A DNA stretch of 64,000 nt, taken from NCBI GenBank assembly GCA_021613535.1, contig CP075492.1, positions 17,050,001-17,114,000 on the forward strand, in the 5' to 3' direction. The stretch comes from Adineta vaga. Its lineage: Eukaryota > Animalia > Rotifera. Under the pieces are notes generated by a model. That model saw only the letters and a program-made list of their open reading frames with translations, was not told the DNA's origin and made no database searches. Position numbers and translations under genes: made by a program. Of the stretch, positions 51,001-63,663 are shown piece after piece; positions within the stretch are counted from its first letter, which is position 1, and every line of letters starts with the position of its first letter.

Positions 51001-52317
51001 AACGTTCGTTTGTGCTTGGTGCTTTTGACGTCTCTGGAGAAAATGAGCAACGATAAGCAGAATAATAAATGGTAAAACACGTCTCAATCCACCATACAAA
51101 CTAATAATTGAGGCCAAAATAGTAGTCCAACTTTGTCCTATTTCATTTGTATATTGACAATATAATGGTTGACATTGATCAAAATAATCATTAAAAGATT
51201 TATTTACAATCCATTCGTGAATAAATAAATCATTTATTAATGTTTCATAACTTGTTTGTGATGGAGATAAAGATTTATTTAATTTAGAAAATGAATCAAT
51301 TGATGTTGTTGTGTAATTAATATAAGTACCAATTTGATTCAAACATGTTTCTTCAAATAGACATTCAATTGTTGAATGAAGTAACGATTCAACAGGAGCA
51401 CATCCAACGGCTACACCAGGTAATAAAAATGTAGCATTAACATAATAAGTATTTGAAGACTCTGACATGTCATGGTATGTTGGCTCAGATCCAACATAGT
51501 CGTATCGAATTATATTAGTATAAATACCTCCTGACAATTCACAGACCATCGAATCGATACAAATACAAATGAAGTATTTGCCCTTGGTTTCATAGTAAGG
51601 AATATTATCTGACCATACATTGTCAATATTGTCATATTCACAACATATAACGGCATATTGTGTTCCTATTCCTGAAATTAAGAGCTGTTCAAGAAGTATC
51701 CGTCGAATCACGTTCAATGTGCCGAGACATAATGGTGGTGTGGTTCGTTTGAATAGTTCAATAAATGAGTTTGTTTGAATATTAAATGTTTCCATAGAAA
51801 TCAGTTGATTTGTGATAAATTGACTGGAATAAAATTGAGTTAGACTATAATTAACAGTCTGTTCTGCTTGTTCGCATAACATACGAAGAATTTGAAATTG
51901 GCCTGAAGCACTATGACGAAAATCAAGTTGAAAATAGTAACTACTATTTTCATAGAATAAATAATCAATCCATTTTTGACTAACAAAATCTGATAAACAA
52001 ATCTGATGATAAACTGGTAAAATCTGTAGAAATCCTCCATATGGAATAGCAATCCGTGCACATGAACATTTTAATGTATTGGGATGTTGTTCGATCAATT
52101 CTTGATACTGTTCTATAGTTGGTTTATGAACAACAATGGTAGTTATGTGAGTATTTGATTTTATATAGAAAACGTATGCATACAAAGCGGCCATAAGTAA
52201 TATAAAATAAACTCGACTTGATAGACGTTCCTTTCTCATAGTATTTTCATCATCTGCTTCTGAGTTGTAGAAATTTTGATCGAGCATATATTGACGAATG
52301 CGATAATATCTATGCAT
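48023..52317 (-). CDS. Second three-unit TM / Cys-rich ectodomain / TM protein, one unit per exon
   Basis: ORFs 50878-52317, 49275-50573 and 48023-49282 each carry the motif set seen at 31731-36447, with plausible GT..AG introns between units. Confidence 0.82.
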
Positions 52318-52484
52318 CTTGTTCTTTGCACTACTGTATTATACTATATCTAAAATTCAATAATATTCACTCTCTCATCAACCCACCCACCATGAAGATG
52401 TGGCACTATGAGATAATACATGAAAAACATGCCATGCAGAACGCATAATAAAACTCGAAGAAGAAATAGATAAAACAGTTTAAC

Positions 52485-52546
52485 GGGTGTGGGTGTGGGT
52501 GAGAGCCAAGAGAATACACTCTCACCCACACCCGCACCCATCCTCA
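52485..52546. repeat. Junction inverted repeat
   Basis: gggtgtgggtgtgggtgagag-ccaagagaataca-ctctcacccacacccgcacccatcctca. Confidence 0.9.
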
Positions 52547-53589
52547 TTTCCGAAACTCGGATTTCTGTCGCGCAGTTTGCAAGGGGACAGAAACCCTTGC
52601 ATAGTTTTAAACGGAAAGAGGGTTTATTAGAGGGTAGATCACATTCACAACCTGATCTGGGCGCCATAAACTAATATTGAGGGTTCACGATTCGCCGATT
52701 TTTTTTTAGTGCAAAACACAATGGAATCTGCTGTTACAAATAATCTATTAATAACAACCAAACTAAAAATATAATATGAAGAGGGGAAACACTGAATACT
52801 TTCCAAAGTAGACTACAGAACCAAAAAGGTTCTGACAAGCAATACTTTTTTCAGAGGAAACATAATCATTGCACTCTATAGAAAATTGTTGTATGAGCAA
52901 CTTAAATAAATGAGATGAAATTTCTATTATTGAAAGTATTAAATTAGTTTGCACTGAAAGGAAAAGAAAAAAAATTGAAACTTTTTGAATAAGATGGAAA
53001 CTAAGTAGTTAAATCCTATCGATTATTCTCAATAACATCCTATGTTGCTAAAAATATTTCATTAAAAAATTTGGAAAACACGAAATGGTTTAGTTTTCGA
53101 ACTAAAGCGACTATCTCGAGAATACATGAATATATATTAGAAAACAAAGTTATATTGGAAAATAGAAGGTCTTTTAATGAAGAAAGATGTAAATTGTCAC
53201 GGAATAGAAGTGAATATTCTCGATGTAGTCGTACTATGCTGTCCAACTGTTTATATATAAGAATCAAGTAACAGTTTCGACACCATATTACTCTTACAAA
53301 TGGCGGTTCTACTGAAAAACATACTTTTAATACTCGCGCTATGCTAGAACGGTTTTGCTCTATATACATAGTTACACACACACACTCTCTCTCTCTCTCT
53401 TTCTCTCTCTGCTCTTCAAAACGGGAAGTAACTCTTAACTACTGCCTTTTTTTATACGTAGCAATAAATGTAATGCTGTTGTACGTCATTTCTTGAGTAG
53501 TTCAAAAGATTGCCTTCCAATCACGTACGTCATTTCTGTTTTACTTGTTGTCAAAATATCAAGTAAGATGTAAATGTATATTGGATGCA

Positions 53590-54210
53590 TTCATGGGAAA
53601 CCAATCAGTTTTCAGAAAAAATAATTTTTTCTGTTTTTTTTTCTTCTAGTTAGTTCTATAGTTGTTTGAAAATAGAAATTGATTAGAAAGAATTCTTGAG
53701 CGGTGCCTGAAGTAGTGTTGATCCACAGTGTATTTAGGAAATAACTATGATACGATTAGATAGCTACAGTTATTTGAAGAAGTACATATTCTTAGCATAG
53801 AGAGATGAGTGTTGGAGTACAAAAACCTCCTAAAGGTTCTCTTTTTTCGATGGATCTTAACTATAGTATCAGAACTAAAACAAAATTTTCCAAGTAAATG
53901 TTTTAAATTCGTTCTAGCTGAGATTGTCAATCTTTTGGTTATAATCCATTTTAAAGAGAAAATCTTTAGAAGTTTTGCTATTGTTTAGTATTCATCTCTC
54001 TATCCCAAGAATACGTATTTCATTGAATAACTGAAACCATCTACTCACATCGTAATTTTTCCAAGACTACACCTTGAATCAACACTACTTCAGGCACCGC
54101 TCAGGAATTCTTCCGAACCGATTTCTATTTTACAACGGCTATAGATTGAACTAGAAGAAAAAATAATCAGAAAATAACTTTTTCCAGAGAAGTGTTTGGT
54201 TTCACATGGA
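53590..54210. repeat. ~620-bp diverged foldback palindrome
   Basis: For example gaattcttgagcggtgcctgaagtagtgttgat (53690) pairs with atcaacactacttcaggcaccgctcaggaattc (54078). Pairing continues inward to near 53895. Confidence 0.85.
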
Positions 54211-55775
54211 TTCTCTCATTGTCATCAAACATGAGGATAGCGGAACCCATTGTCTTTCCTGCTATTTGTCGCATATTTATATATTCAGTACATTTTTCTT
54301 TCACATTACTTATTTCTATTATTAAAGTTCTCACCCTAAAAGAAATATTCGGTATAAAAGCAATCAAATCTAATGATATTTGTAGGATACGTTGGTACTA
54401 TAGTAAGTATGTTGCGGCTCCTTTTACAAAGTTGCACTTTTTTTATTTGAAAGGACAAGACAAGATCTACAACGTAATAGAATCCCTTTTTTTAAAAATC
54501 TTTCGTTCTTTGCCACGATCCATTTTGCAAAAGAATAAGTCAAAAAGGTCTGTAGAAACCTTCGCATTTTTCCTGTACGTTTTTCAGTCATGTGCTGTGC
54601 CAAATAGCTTTTGAAAAAAGAGTCACTGCTACTTTGTAAATCTTGCGATGGTCTTTCAAACAAAAAATGCAACCTTATGAAACGAACCGTAGCCGAGATA
54701 TTTGGAAAATACTGGGAATATCGAAACGGTCTCAAAACTACAAGATTTTGGTAAGATGACTAGAATTTTTTCGCGTTTTAGTTCTGTTAGCTAACACAAA
54801 GCCTTTTCGATTCATCATCAACAACTGGATCTGTAGAGAGACCAGAAACCATATCGATTGACCCAAAGGTGTTAGGCCAACTTTACAAATTCAATACAGC
54901 CTTCTCTAGAAATGTTAAAGTCAATACTTCTTGTTAATATTGTTTCTTCGCTCAGAAAAACGCCTATGTGGTAACACTATACGAATACGGTGAAGATCTG
55001 TAAAGCATTTGTTGAGTGCTTTTCAGAGAGGCTTCAGAGGTTTCCGCCGCAAATCACACTCTAATAATAGATCTTGATTTTTTTGTTTCTTGGTATGCAA
55101 CACTACAGTATGATTTGGTCTATAATCGACGAGTATAGATGTGAGTTTTACTTCTTTGTTAGTCGTTGACAGACGTCTCTTGGGCTGGATGGTTCATTCT
55201 AAGATCTACTTCGAACTGACCCGCCAACTGATATTCGAATTTTAATATAGATCTCAACTTCCTATATCTGTACCAATTTGCCATTTCTTGATAGTTTTTG
55301 CATCTGTTTTAAAGAATAAGATGTCGGCGTAGATAAAAATCAAAATAATTCTGCTAACTCCGTGGTTCGATGTTGGATGTGCGCGCAGATCGTTTGGCAC
55401 ATAGTTAATTGACGGTGAGTGCAGCGAGAAAAGCAATAATATGGGATGTAATAGAACGAAGGGAAACCTACACAAAACGGTTTGTATATACACTTTTATC
55501 ATCGCACCATATCAGTTCATGGAAACTATGTATATACGTACATTGATGCATTTCCTTAATAAATCTCTCAGGACAGAACTCCTGAAGACAAGTTTATCAA
55601 AAGATGACAAGAGATATGGTATTTTCTCGGAAGCGTCAAGATAAGTAACTAAATGGGAATATATTTGTACTTTTCATGTTATATATTTCAGATTTAAATA
55701 AGTTTATTATTGATAATTTTCACACTAAATTACCAATTGCACCTCACTTTATTAAACGAAGTTCCTGTCGACACG

Positions 55776-58700
55776 ATGCGTGTGGCACAAGCCATTATTG
55801 AAATAATAATATCAGTGTTGGTGTTAGTAATATTGGTTTTTTCATTGATTTATTTCACTGAAAACACAAAGCAAAATTCATCCATAGGTATATTTTCTTG
55901 TTTATTTTATCAAAAGCTATGCGACAGGTGGATGCAGAATGCTGGAATTTGATAAACTTCGGCAAAACTAGAGATTGCTAAGAAATTCTTTGGAATTTGG
56001 AGTTCACAAGGCCTCTGATGTGTTCCTTTCGCAAGAAAATCTGATAGTATATACATTCACACTTAGTAGAAACATGGCTAATAATATTTTTTTTATAGTT
56101 TAATCGTTTGAATGAAAATGTAAGTGTTTCTATGAAGTATTCATCTCTCATCCAGATCTGGCACATGAAGAAGATTGTGTCACATGTATATCTAAATGAA
56201 GGACATTAATGTAAACCCTGTGGTAACTGTGATATTGTGGGATTTAAAGATTTTTGTGTCTTTCTATTGTCTGCAACTTATTAGTATAAACGACATTTAT
56301 TTAATAGTCTTTTATTTATAGGTTACTCAAGCAGCATTCCAAATGATATAACAACTATTGGTTTGACAAGTACAGGTATAATACATAGATGAGTTCATTT
56401 ATTTAATTATAGTACACCATGTATCGGTACACATTAGCTAGAAAAACATGTCATATTCTAAGGGAAAAAGTTAATTCTCTACGCCAAGAAAACTATGAGA
56501 GATATCTTTAACAATGTATCATCATTTATCACTGAACAGCCTCTATGAATAGAGATTTGTCTAGAAAATTATTATTCTGCGGTAACAATACTGTTGCCAA
56601 CAAAATACCATCTGATTTATTTAACTGTCAAATGAAGATCATTCTGAACGTTTTTTTCGATCAAAACCATCACTAGACTTACCTAATCTTATAATTTGTA
56701 ATTGTTCGATTTGTTCAAAAAGAGCTTACCAGACAATATCTGGATTAGTCTGATTGCTAAGCATGATTAGTGCTAACAAAAATAGAGAAACATCTTCCTA
56801 GAATCTGATGGGTTGATAGAAACGATTCTTAATCAGTTAAATCGTACAATACTTTATCTTCACTTTTTCGGGCACTAAACAACTTTGAGAATAAGAGCGC
56901 GAGGAAGATTGATAGTAAGCGGCGACGGTCGTCTCTTCTGCTATCATCTCATTTCACAGTCTCACTTTTCATCTTCGAAGAAAAAAACTGATCTAACCAT
57001 ATCATAAAACCATTATTATTTTCTATTTCTCAAATAGCCACTTCATTGGTAGTGGAATCGGATTATTCTTCTGCCCTGACAGTGTCAAGTTCAACATACA
57101 TTCGTCCTGAGAGCTTTTTTGCCGCATCAGGCTTTTACTATCAAGCTATTGAAATGAACGTAGCGACAACAGGAATGTATACTATCTTATCCAATAGTGG
57201 CATAGATATGCAAGGCTTTATATACAATAATAGTTTTAATACTTCATTTCCGGATCAGAATCTAGTATCATTCGACGACGACAGTGGTGGTAGTAATAAA
57301 CAATTTACGATCACAGCTGTTCTTCAAGCAATGACAATGTATATTTTATTTGTAACCACCTATAAGGGAAACACATTAGGAGAATATTCCATCATCGGAT
57401 TTGGTCCAGCAGCAATTAATTTTTCAGCAAGTAAGGAAAATATATAAAATACAAACTGACATAGAATATTTATTAAAAGAAGAATATTCTAGCGATATTA
57501 ATTGGTGGAAGCTTTATTTTTAACATGATTCAAAGAGGTTATTGGAAGACTTTCACACCATTCTATATAACTTCTTATAGCGACCGACTTGGCCGTGAGA
57601 AATACCAAAAGCTTCAGTCATCTATATAGGTTTCATAAACATTTATCATCGGGGCACAAAAGTTATTTTATGAAACGCAAACTACTAAAAGGAGTATTCG
57701 AGTGTGAGGCATAGAAACTTACGCCCTCATTTGCCACCATAGATGCGATAGACGGAAATGTTACAGTACCTACATCCACTCACACCCTCACTTTTATATT
57801 TATAATAGATGGACGATTTCTTTACCAATGTTAGATACACCTCTGAAAGTCTTGTACTTCATAGTTGATCATTTTTACAGACAAAACATGTTAGAAAACA
57901 AAAATTGGATTCCTCTCTCTAACTCTTTCTCGTTATTTCAATTCTTGTAAATAATATTTTTGTTCTTCACTCTTTAGTTATAGTTAATTCGTCGAAAATC
58001 TTGTTCAAATCGAATTACTCATCTGCTCTGAATACGAATAGTCCAGTTTACATTGGTTCTGAAGCTGATAATACAATGTCATATTATCAAGCTATTAAAA
58101 CCAGTGTTTTAACGACAGGCATTTATACCATTTTGTGCAGTAGCACCATGGATACATATGGTTATATGTACAACCGTACTTTCAATCCTGCATATCCATA
58201 TCAAAATATGCTGTTATCGGATGATGAGACTGGAGAGAACAGTCAGTTCCTATTGACAGTTGTTTTCCAAGCTATGGTGCAGTATATTTTGATTGTAACA
58301 ACATATGAGGAGAAAGTCACGGGACGCTTTTCACTCATTGGACAGGGTCCAGATTCGATTAGTTTTTCACCAAGTAAGCAATGTATTAAGTTACAATTTA
58401 CGGTATAGGAGAATATTTTTTCGATTGAATGGGATACTTATCAGGAGAAGAATTTTTTCGTGATCATCAATGATATCCACTTAACAGTTTGCACTCGCAT
58501 TCAAGTATTACCTCTAGTCGGATACTGAATATCGTAAATTCTAAATTCTGTCTGTGAAGTATCAAAAATAAAATTTCTTTTTTCTCGCATTAGTCAACTC
58601 ATCGACAATCCAGTCAAAGCACTCATCATCGTTGACAAAAAATAGTCAGTTTTATATTCGGCCGACTACTTCGGCAAAACCACTCTGTTATTATCAAGCT

Positions 58701-59687
58701 TTTGTAATCAGTGTGCCAACGACAGGAATTTATGCTATTCTATGCGATAGTACCATGGATACATATGGATATATATACAACAGTACTTTCAATCCTGTAG
58801 ATCCATATCGAAATTTGCTGTTATCGGATGATGACTCTCGAGGCAATAGGCAGTTCATGCTTAGAGATACTTTTCAAGCTATGACGAAGTACATTTTGGT
58901 TGTGACAACATATGATTCGACAACAAGAGGAACGTTCACACTCTTCGTAATTGGTGAAAGATTGATTAGTGTTGTTCCAGTTAATATAACAAGTAAGTAT
59001 TCGAACTGTTAATATAGGGAATTTTCAGCGATTTAGATCGTTCCCAGAGTCTTCTAATCAATTTAATGTTTTCTTTTATTGCTCGAAACCACTAATATGC
59101 TTTCACTTAAGATTCCGCTTGAATATGAGCATTGTTGTGATTACGTACAATTATTCTTAAAGTCTTTCATTTTCAGCGACAGAAACTTCACATTTTTGTT
59201 TCTGATTTTGCGATGGTCATTTATTAATGTATTACAATAATCATCTTTTTTTATTGTGATTGTACAACATTAGTATTTTCTTTTTATGTGACTAGCTAAT
59301 CAATTAAATGTGGCATCAAATTATTCGTCAACTTTGACTACGAGTAGTCCTCGCTTTTGTCATAGAGGTACTTGTCCATCGTCAATATACTTTTATCAAG
59401 CCATTCAACTTAACGTGTCTACAGCAGGAACATATACAATTTTATGCTCTAGCACTATGAATACATATGGATATATGTACAACAACACTTTCAATTCCTC
59501 ATCGTTAAGCTTAAATCAAATGGCATCAGATGATGATAGTGGGGGTAGTAGTCAATTTATGTTCACGATTTTTCTTCGGGCTATAGGAAAGTATATTTTG
59601 ATTGTAACAACATACAATCGAAATGTAACAGGATCATTTACAATTGTAAGCCGGGGTATCGGTCCGGTTCGTTATGGTAACCCGTAG
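55776..59687 (+). CDS. Membrane-anchored protein with four exon-encoded PPC-like (pre-peptidase C-terminal-like) beta domains
   Basis: Four ~120-aa repeats YYQA..TGxYTI..DTYGY.YN.TFN..SDDD..QF..YIL.VTTY; a TM exon at 55776-55887 and a small exon near 56322-56375. Confidence 0.72.
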
Positions 59688-60299
59688 AAGGTGTAATATT
59701 TTGACTGTAATTCATCAACTTCGTTTTTCTTTTATTATCAATAATTCAAGTTTCTTTTTGATTTTCTCTCATCGCTTTCTCATGAGTACTATTTTCAATG
59801 ATTTATTTACTTTTCAGCTTTCGATAATCAGCTAACAATAATACGATCTTTCAAAAAGCTTACTGTATGATTGCTTTGTCTGCTTTGCTTCTCAACTGTT
59901 TTTTTTTGAGTATAAATTGTTCAATAAAACGAGATATGAATATGAATATCATCTTTATTTCAGGTCTTTTCTCTTATTACTTCATCCGATAATAATAAAT
60001 TAACAACAAATTTTGACTGTTTGGCTGAGGAAAGTTGAATACGTATGCCCACAGAACTCACAGGAACACCAAGTAATGATTTTGTTAATAACGAAAGTTG
60101 AGGAAATATCAAAGAATGCTTATTTCACGATTTCGATAATGATTCATCGTTTGAGAATGGAAGTTTTGTGTTATACGAATGATTGATATTACTATTATTT
60201 GAACATTTAAAACGTGATACATGTTCCCAAAAGTATCCATGCGATGATAATGGTGGTTCATCTTCAGCTATGAGTTCAACACTTTTTAATTTTACTAAG

Positions 60300-60445
60300 A
60301 TTTTCTTTTTTTTTCTTCTCTTTTGACATATATCATATGATGGTGGGACGGCAAGACGATGATACTGGTAGGAGATTTATTTATTCTTCTTCCTCCGTCC
60401 CACTATTATATGATATATGTCAAAAGAAAAGAAAAAGACGAAATC
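60300..60445. repeat. Hairpin with ~40-50-bp arms
   Basis: cttttgacatatatcatatgatggtgggacgg ... ccgtcccactattatatgatatatgtcaaaag. Confidence 0.85.
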
Positions 60446-60614
60446 ATAAGAACAAATGTTCGAAGAAGATAAACCTCGTTCATCGAAACATCACAAGCAA
60501 ACATTTTTAACCTAATGTAATTTATTTTTATTTTATTTATTTCATTGTATATATTTTATCTTATTTAAACTTAATAATAAAATTTTAAATTGAATTTTAA
60601 ATCCAGAATAATTC

Positions 60615-60666
60615 TTGAGGGTGTGGGTGTGGGTAATCTTATCTTCTGTCACTCTCACCCACCCAA
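60615..60666. repeat. Junction inverted repeat
   Basis: (tc)ttgagggtgtgggtgtgggt-aatcttatcttctgtc-actctcacccacccaa. Confidence 0.87.
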
Positions 60667-60850
60667 TCGTTCTCCTTGCGTTGGCAACAGTAAATTATTC
60701 TATACACCGAGTGGTAAAGAAGGAAAAAAAACAAGCGTTTTTTTCTCTTTTTTAAACGTTCTTTCGTAAGTTTTATTGAGAGTCAGAGAAAAAAACACGT
60801 CATTTTTCTTTTATATTAACATTCATCACTTCGTCCTTGTACTCTACAAA

Positions 60851-61711
60851 ATGGCATCGAAAAAATCAAAAGTCGATCAACTGACAGAGAAGACTGGTGC
60901 TATGGCGCTTAATCATACTAATGCTACGAGTAGTCAAACTGCCCACTATTACATTGATCGAAAAGAATCTGACACTATCAGTTTTGCTCGTCTAGAAAAA
61001 GGATTGTTACTATTCATTAACGTTTATGAAACATCAAAGAGTACCTTAGCAACAGAGATGCTCTTCTGGGATCATCGACTCTGTGCTAACGTAATCATTA
61101 CCGGTACGTGTTCGAAGCCATCTGATCAATGTCGTAGTGAACATCAAACTTCATATCGACAAATGAATTTGTGTCCACATTGGTATATTAATAATCGATG
61201 CACTCTCGGTACCAAATGTCGTAATTCACATCAATTGGAGGCGATACCAAATGAACATCGTAATATACGCACAGAAACCGAAAGTGACGTATTCAAACTA
61301 ATACGATTCATTCGAAATTTTGCTGGTCATTACAATGAAACTGTTATTGATGATCGACAAGAATTATACAAAGATATTCTTGTTATTATGGTGCATTTAG
61401 TACATGCATTAAGTCGTAAGAATCCTCAATCAATCAAACATCTTCATTTATTCTTGGAGAAAACGACAATAAATCAAATGATCGCCGAAGAAGATCTTCT
61501 TCGCGAGCTTGAAAAACCTTTCAGTGTACCAGAAGTATTCTTTGATCTTCGTCTCAACTATAGTGCAAATTGGTATCGACCGACTGGGAATAAACGAGAT
61601 GTTGATTTCAATCAATTATCATCGAGATTTGTAGCTTATTTTAATAGAATCTTTGTGGATTATTATCAAGGACGTTTGAAATCACGAGGTGCAAAAGCAG
61701 CTTGGTCGTGA
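60851..61711 (+). CDS. CCCH zinc-finger protein with a KEN-like (RNase L/Ire1) ribonuclease motif
   Basis: CPHWYINNRCTLGTKCRNSH plus a second CCCH-like finger; DVFKLIRFIRNFAGHYNE. Confidence 0.65.
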   Translation: MASKKSKVDQLTEKTGAMALNHTNATSSQTAHYYIDRKESDTISFARLEKGLLLFINVYETSKSTLATEMLFWDHRLCANVIITGTCSKPSDQCRSEHQTSYRQMNLCPHWYINNRCTLGTKCRNSHQLEAIPNEHRNIRTETESDVFKLIRFIRNFAGHYNETVIDDRQELYKDILVIMVHLVHALSRKNPQSIKHLHLFLEKTTINQMIAEEDLLRELEKPFSVPEVFFDLRLNYSANWYRPTGNKRDVDFNQLSSRFVAYFNRIFVDYYQGRLKSRGAKAAWS

Positions 61712-62083
61712 TCCTTCTCTCTTCATATATGAGATTATTTGTATGTTGTTTTGATTTCTCCAGAAATAAGCCATGTAATATATTTTGAACAAGAATAAAC
61801 TGATTTTGTCGCAGCAGGTGGACATGAAAACAGTTTACAAAATTCGAAATAAAAAATATTATCAAATAATAACAATGTCATTAAATAGTTTGAGTGCTAA
61901 GTGAGCCTTCTTTATGAATATATTCATATTCGAACAGCAAAATTCACTTTTTAATGATTACTAACAATTTTATTGTGTACTCAAAAAATTAATATACTCT
62001 AAAAATCAGTCATTATGTCAACTGTTTACAAAATAACTCTTGAAAATGCAAATTGGTTGTCATAAACTTTGCTACATAGATTT

Positions 62084-62135
62084 AGATGGATGTGAATGAG
62101 AATTAAATAAAACTCACCCTCACCCACACCCATCT
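62084..62135. repeat. Junction inverted repeat
   Basis: agatggatgtgaatgag-aattaaataaaa-ctcaccctcacccacacccatct. Confidence 0.75.
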
Positions 62136-62786
62136 CGCTCCATATGATGTCATTATTCAGCATTGATATGACATTATTTAATCCCGTATTCACATTAATC
62201 TCAGTAGCATGGATACTCGACCCATTTTCCTTTTCAAATTTTACAGCGTTGAAAAATTTTTTTCACTTGATTAATTTAAATCTTCATATATTTTATAGTG
62301 TTGTCGTTTAAATCGTATGCATATGCATCAACTAAGTCAGAGCAGCGAAGCCGAATAGAAAATATTTGAACTTTTCATGAAAAAGACCGGAAATCATCAT
62401 AGAGGTTAAGAATTGAAGTGAAATACTGAATAACTTTGTGATTTCTTATTTATTCAAGGCAATAAATAAGAGAAAATATCAAAACGGAAAATTCCTACCA
62501 ACAAAAAAGTTTTAAAAAAAGTCTCACTTAAAATTATATCTATTCAAATGATGATATGAAAGAGATAAACATTCATTGATTAGCAGAATTCAATATGTCA
62601 TAGTGAATTCATAATTAATTTTGATATTTTGTAAATAATTATTAGTTATATAGAAAATAATGTTTGGTTTCTAATTACTACACTTATAGTGATAAACTCA
62701 TTTGTTAGTGTTGAGGGTGTTTTTTTTTCTCTGTAGAATTTACAATATTTATAGATATTATATCATTCGAATATTTTTATTCACTA

Positions 62787-63651
62787 TGGAACTTGAAATT
62801 GCTGGTTTTATCATAACATTAATTTCCTTAATTCATGGTTCATTCGCAACTATTATTTCTTTCATAGTTTTTCTAGTTCTTCTACATCATCAATATTCAA
62901 ATCGAATAAAACATGATGAAAGAATCAATTTATTTCTCTTTATAATGATTCATTTGTATTTGTTTATCTATATTCTCACATTAATTTCATTTAATATTCA
63001 AACAGTCTTAGGTGATCTATATGGAATGCATTTTAATTCATCTTGGTGTACATTTCGAGGTTATCTCACTCCTGTCATGTGTTCAGATATTTATCAAGTA
63101 TTTGGTATTCAGGTAATTTGAAATTTACACAAATTCAAATAGAATTAGACATTTTCTTAGGCATTTTTTCGTGTTTGCCGAATTATTTATCCAAAGAAAA
63201 TTATTGCTATGTCACATTTGACAAATCCCGTGGAATGATTTATGTAATATTCACAACATATGGAATTCCACTTTCGATTTTATTTTCACATTACATTCGT
63301 ATAACAATATTTCTTCGTCAATTACCGAATAACCAAACAATGATTGTGAGAAATCAACAAAAACGAGATTTAATTGCAATTCGAAGAATTTTTCTTCATG
63401 TTACTTTACTTCTTACACTTGTTATACCAGGAACGATCTTAAAATTAATAAGATTTATTAGTGGAATTGATTTTTCATTAAACTATCGAATTTTATGGTT
63501 AGGTAGTGAAATATCTATTGCGATATTAACAATAGAAATGATATTAATAACACCACAATTAAAAAATATTTTTCTGAAACCACGGAGAAAAAATCAGGTT
63601 TCGATATTTGTTCGAACAATTCAACACGGACATATTAAAACGATCCAATAA
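62787..63651 (+). CDS. Orphan GPCR, spliced, apparently lacking the TM4 region (possible pseudogene)
   Basis: WCTFRGYL..IQ|AFFR.., YGIPL..YIRI..FLR and RDL.AIRRI; intron at ~63113-63160. Confidence 0.65.
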
Positions 63652-63663
63652 TTCAAATTGTTT

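Noticed and set aside
52680-55700. Many 60-140-aa ORFs on both strands
   Set aside because: No motifs, overlapping frames and partly within the palindrome; likely non-coding or old repeat sequence.
6707-62135. CRISPR-array interpretation of the repeat/spacer pattern
   Set aside because: The repeats are inverted pairs separated by kilobases of spliced eukaryotic genes, not tandem direct repeats with ~30-nt spacers, and no cas genes are present.
6707-62135. Ordinary MITE family as the explanation for the junction sites
   Set aside because: Interiors are unrelated between copies, arm length varies in hexamer steps, I could find no TSDs, and genes are truncated rather than interrupted. Disfavoured but not fully excluded.
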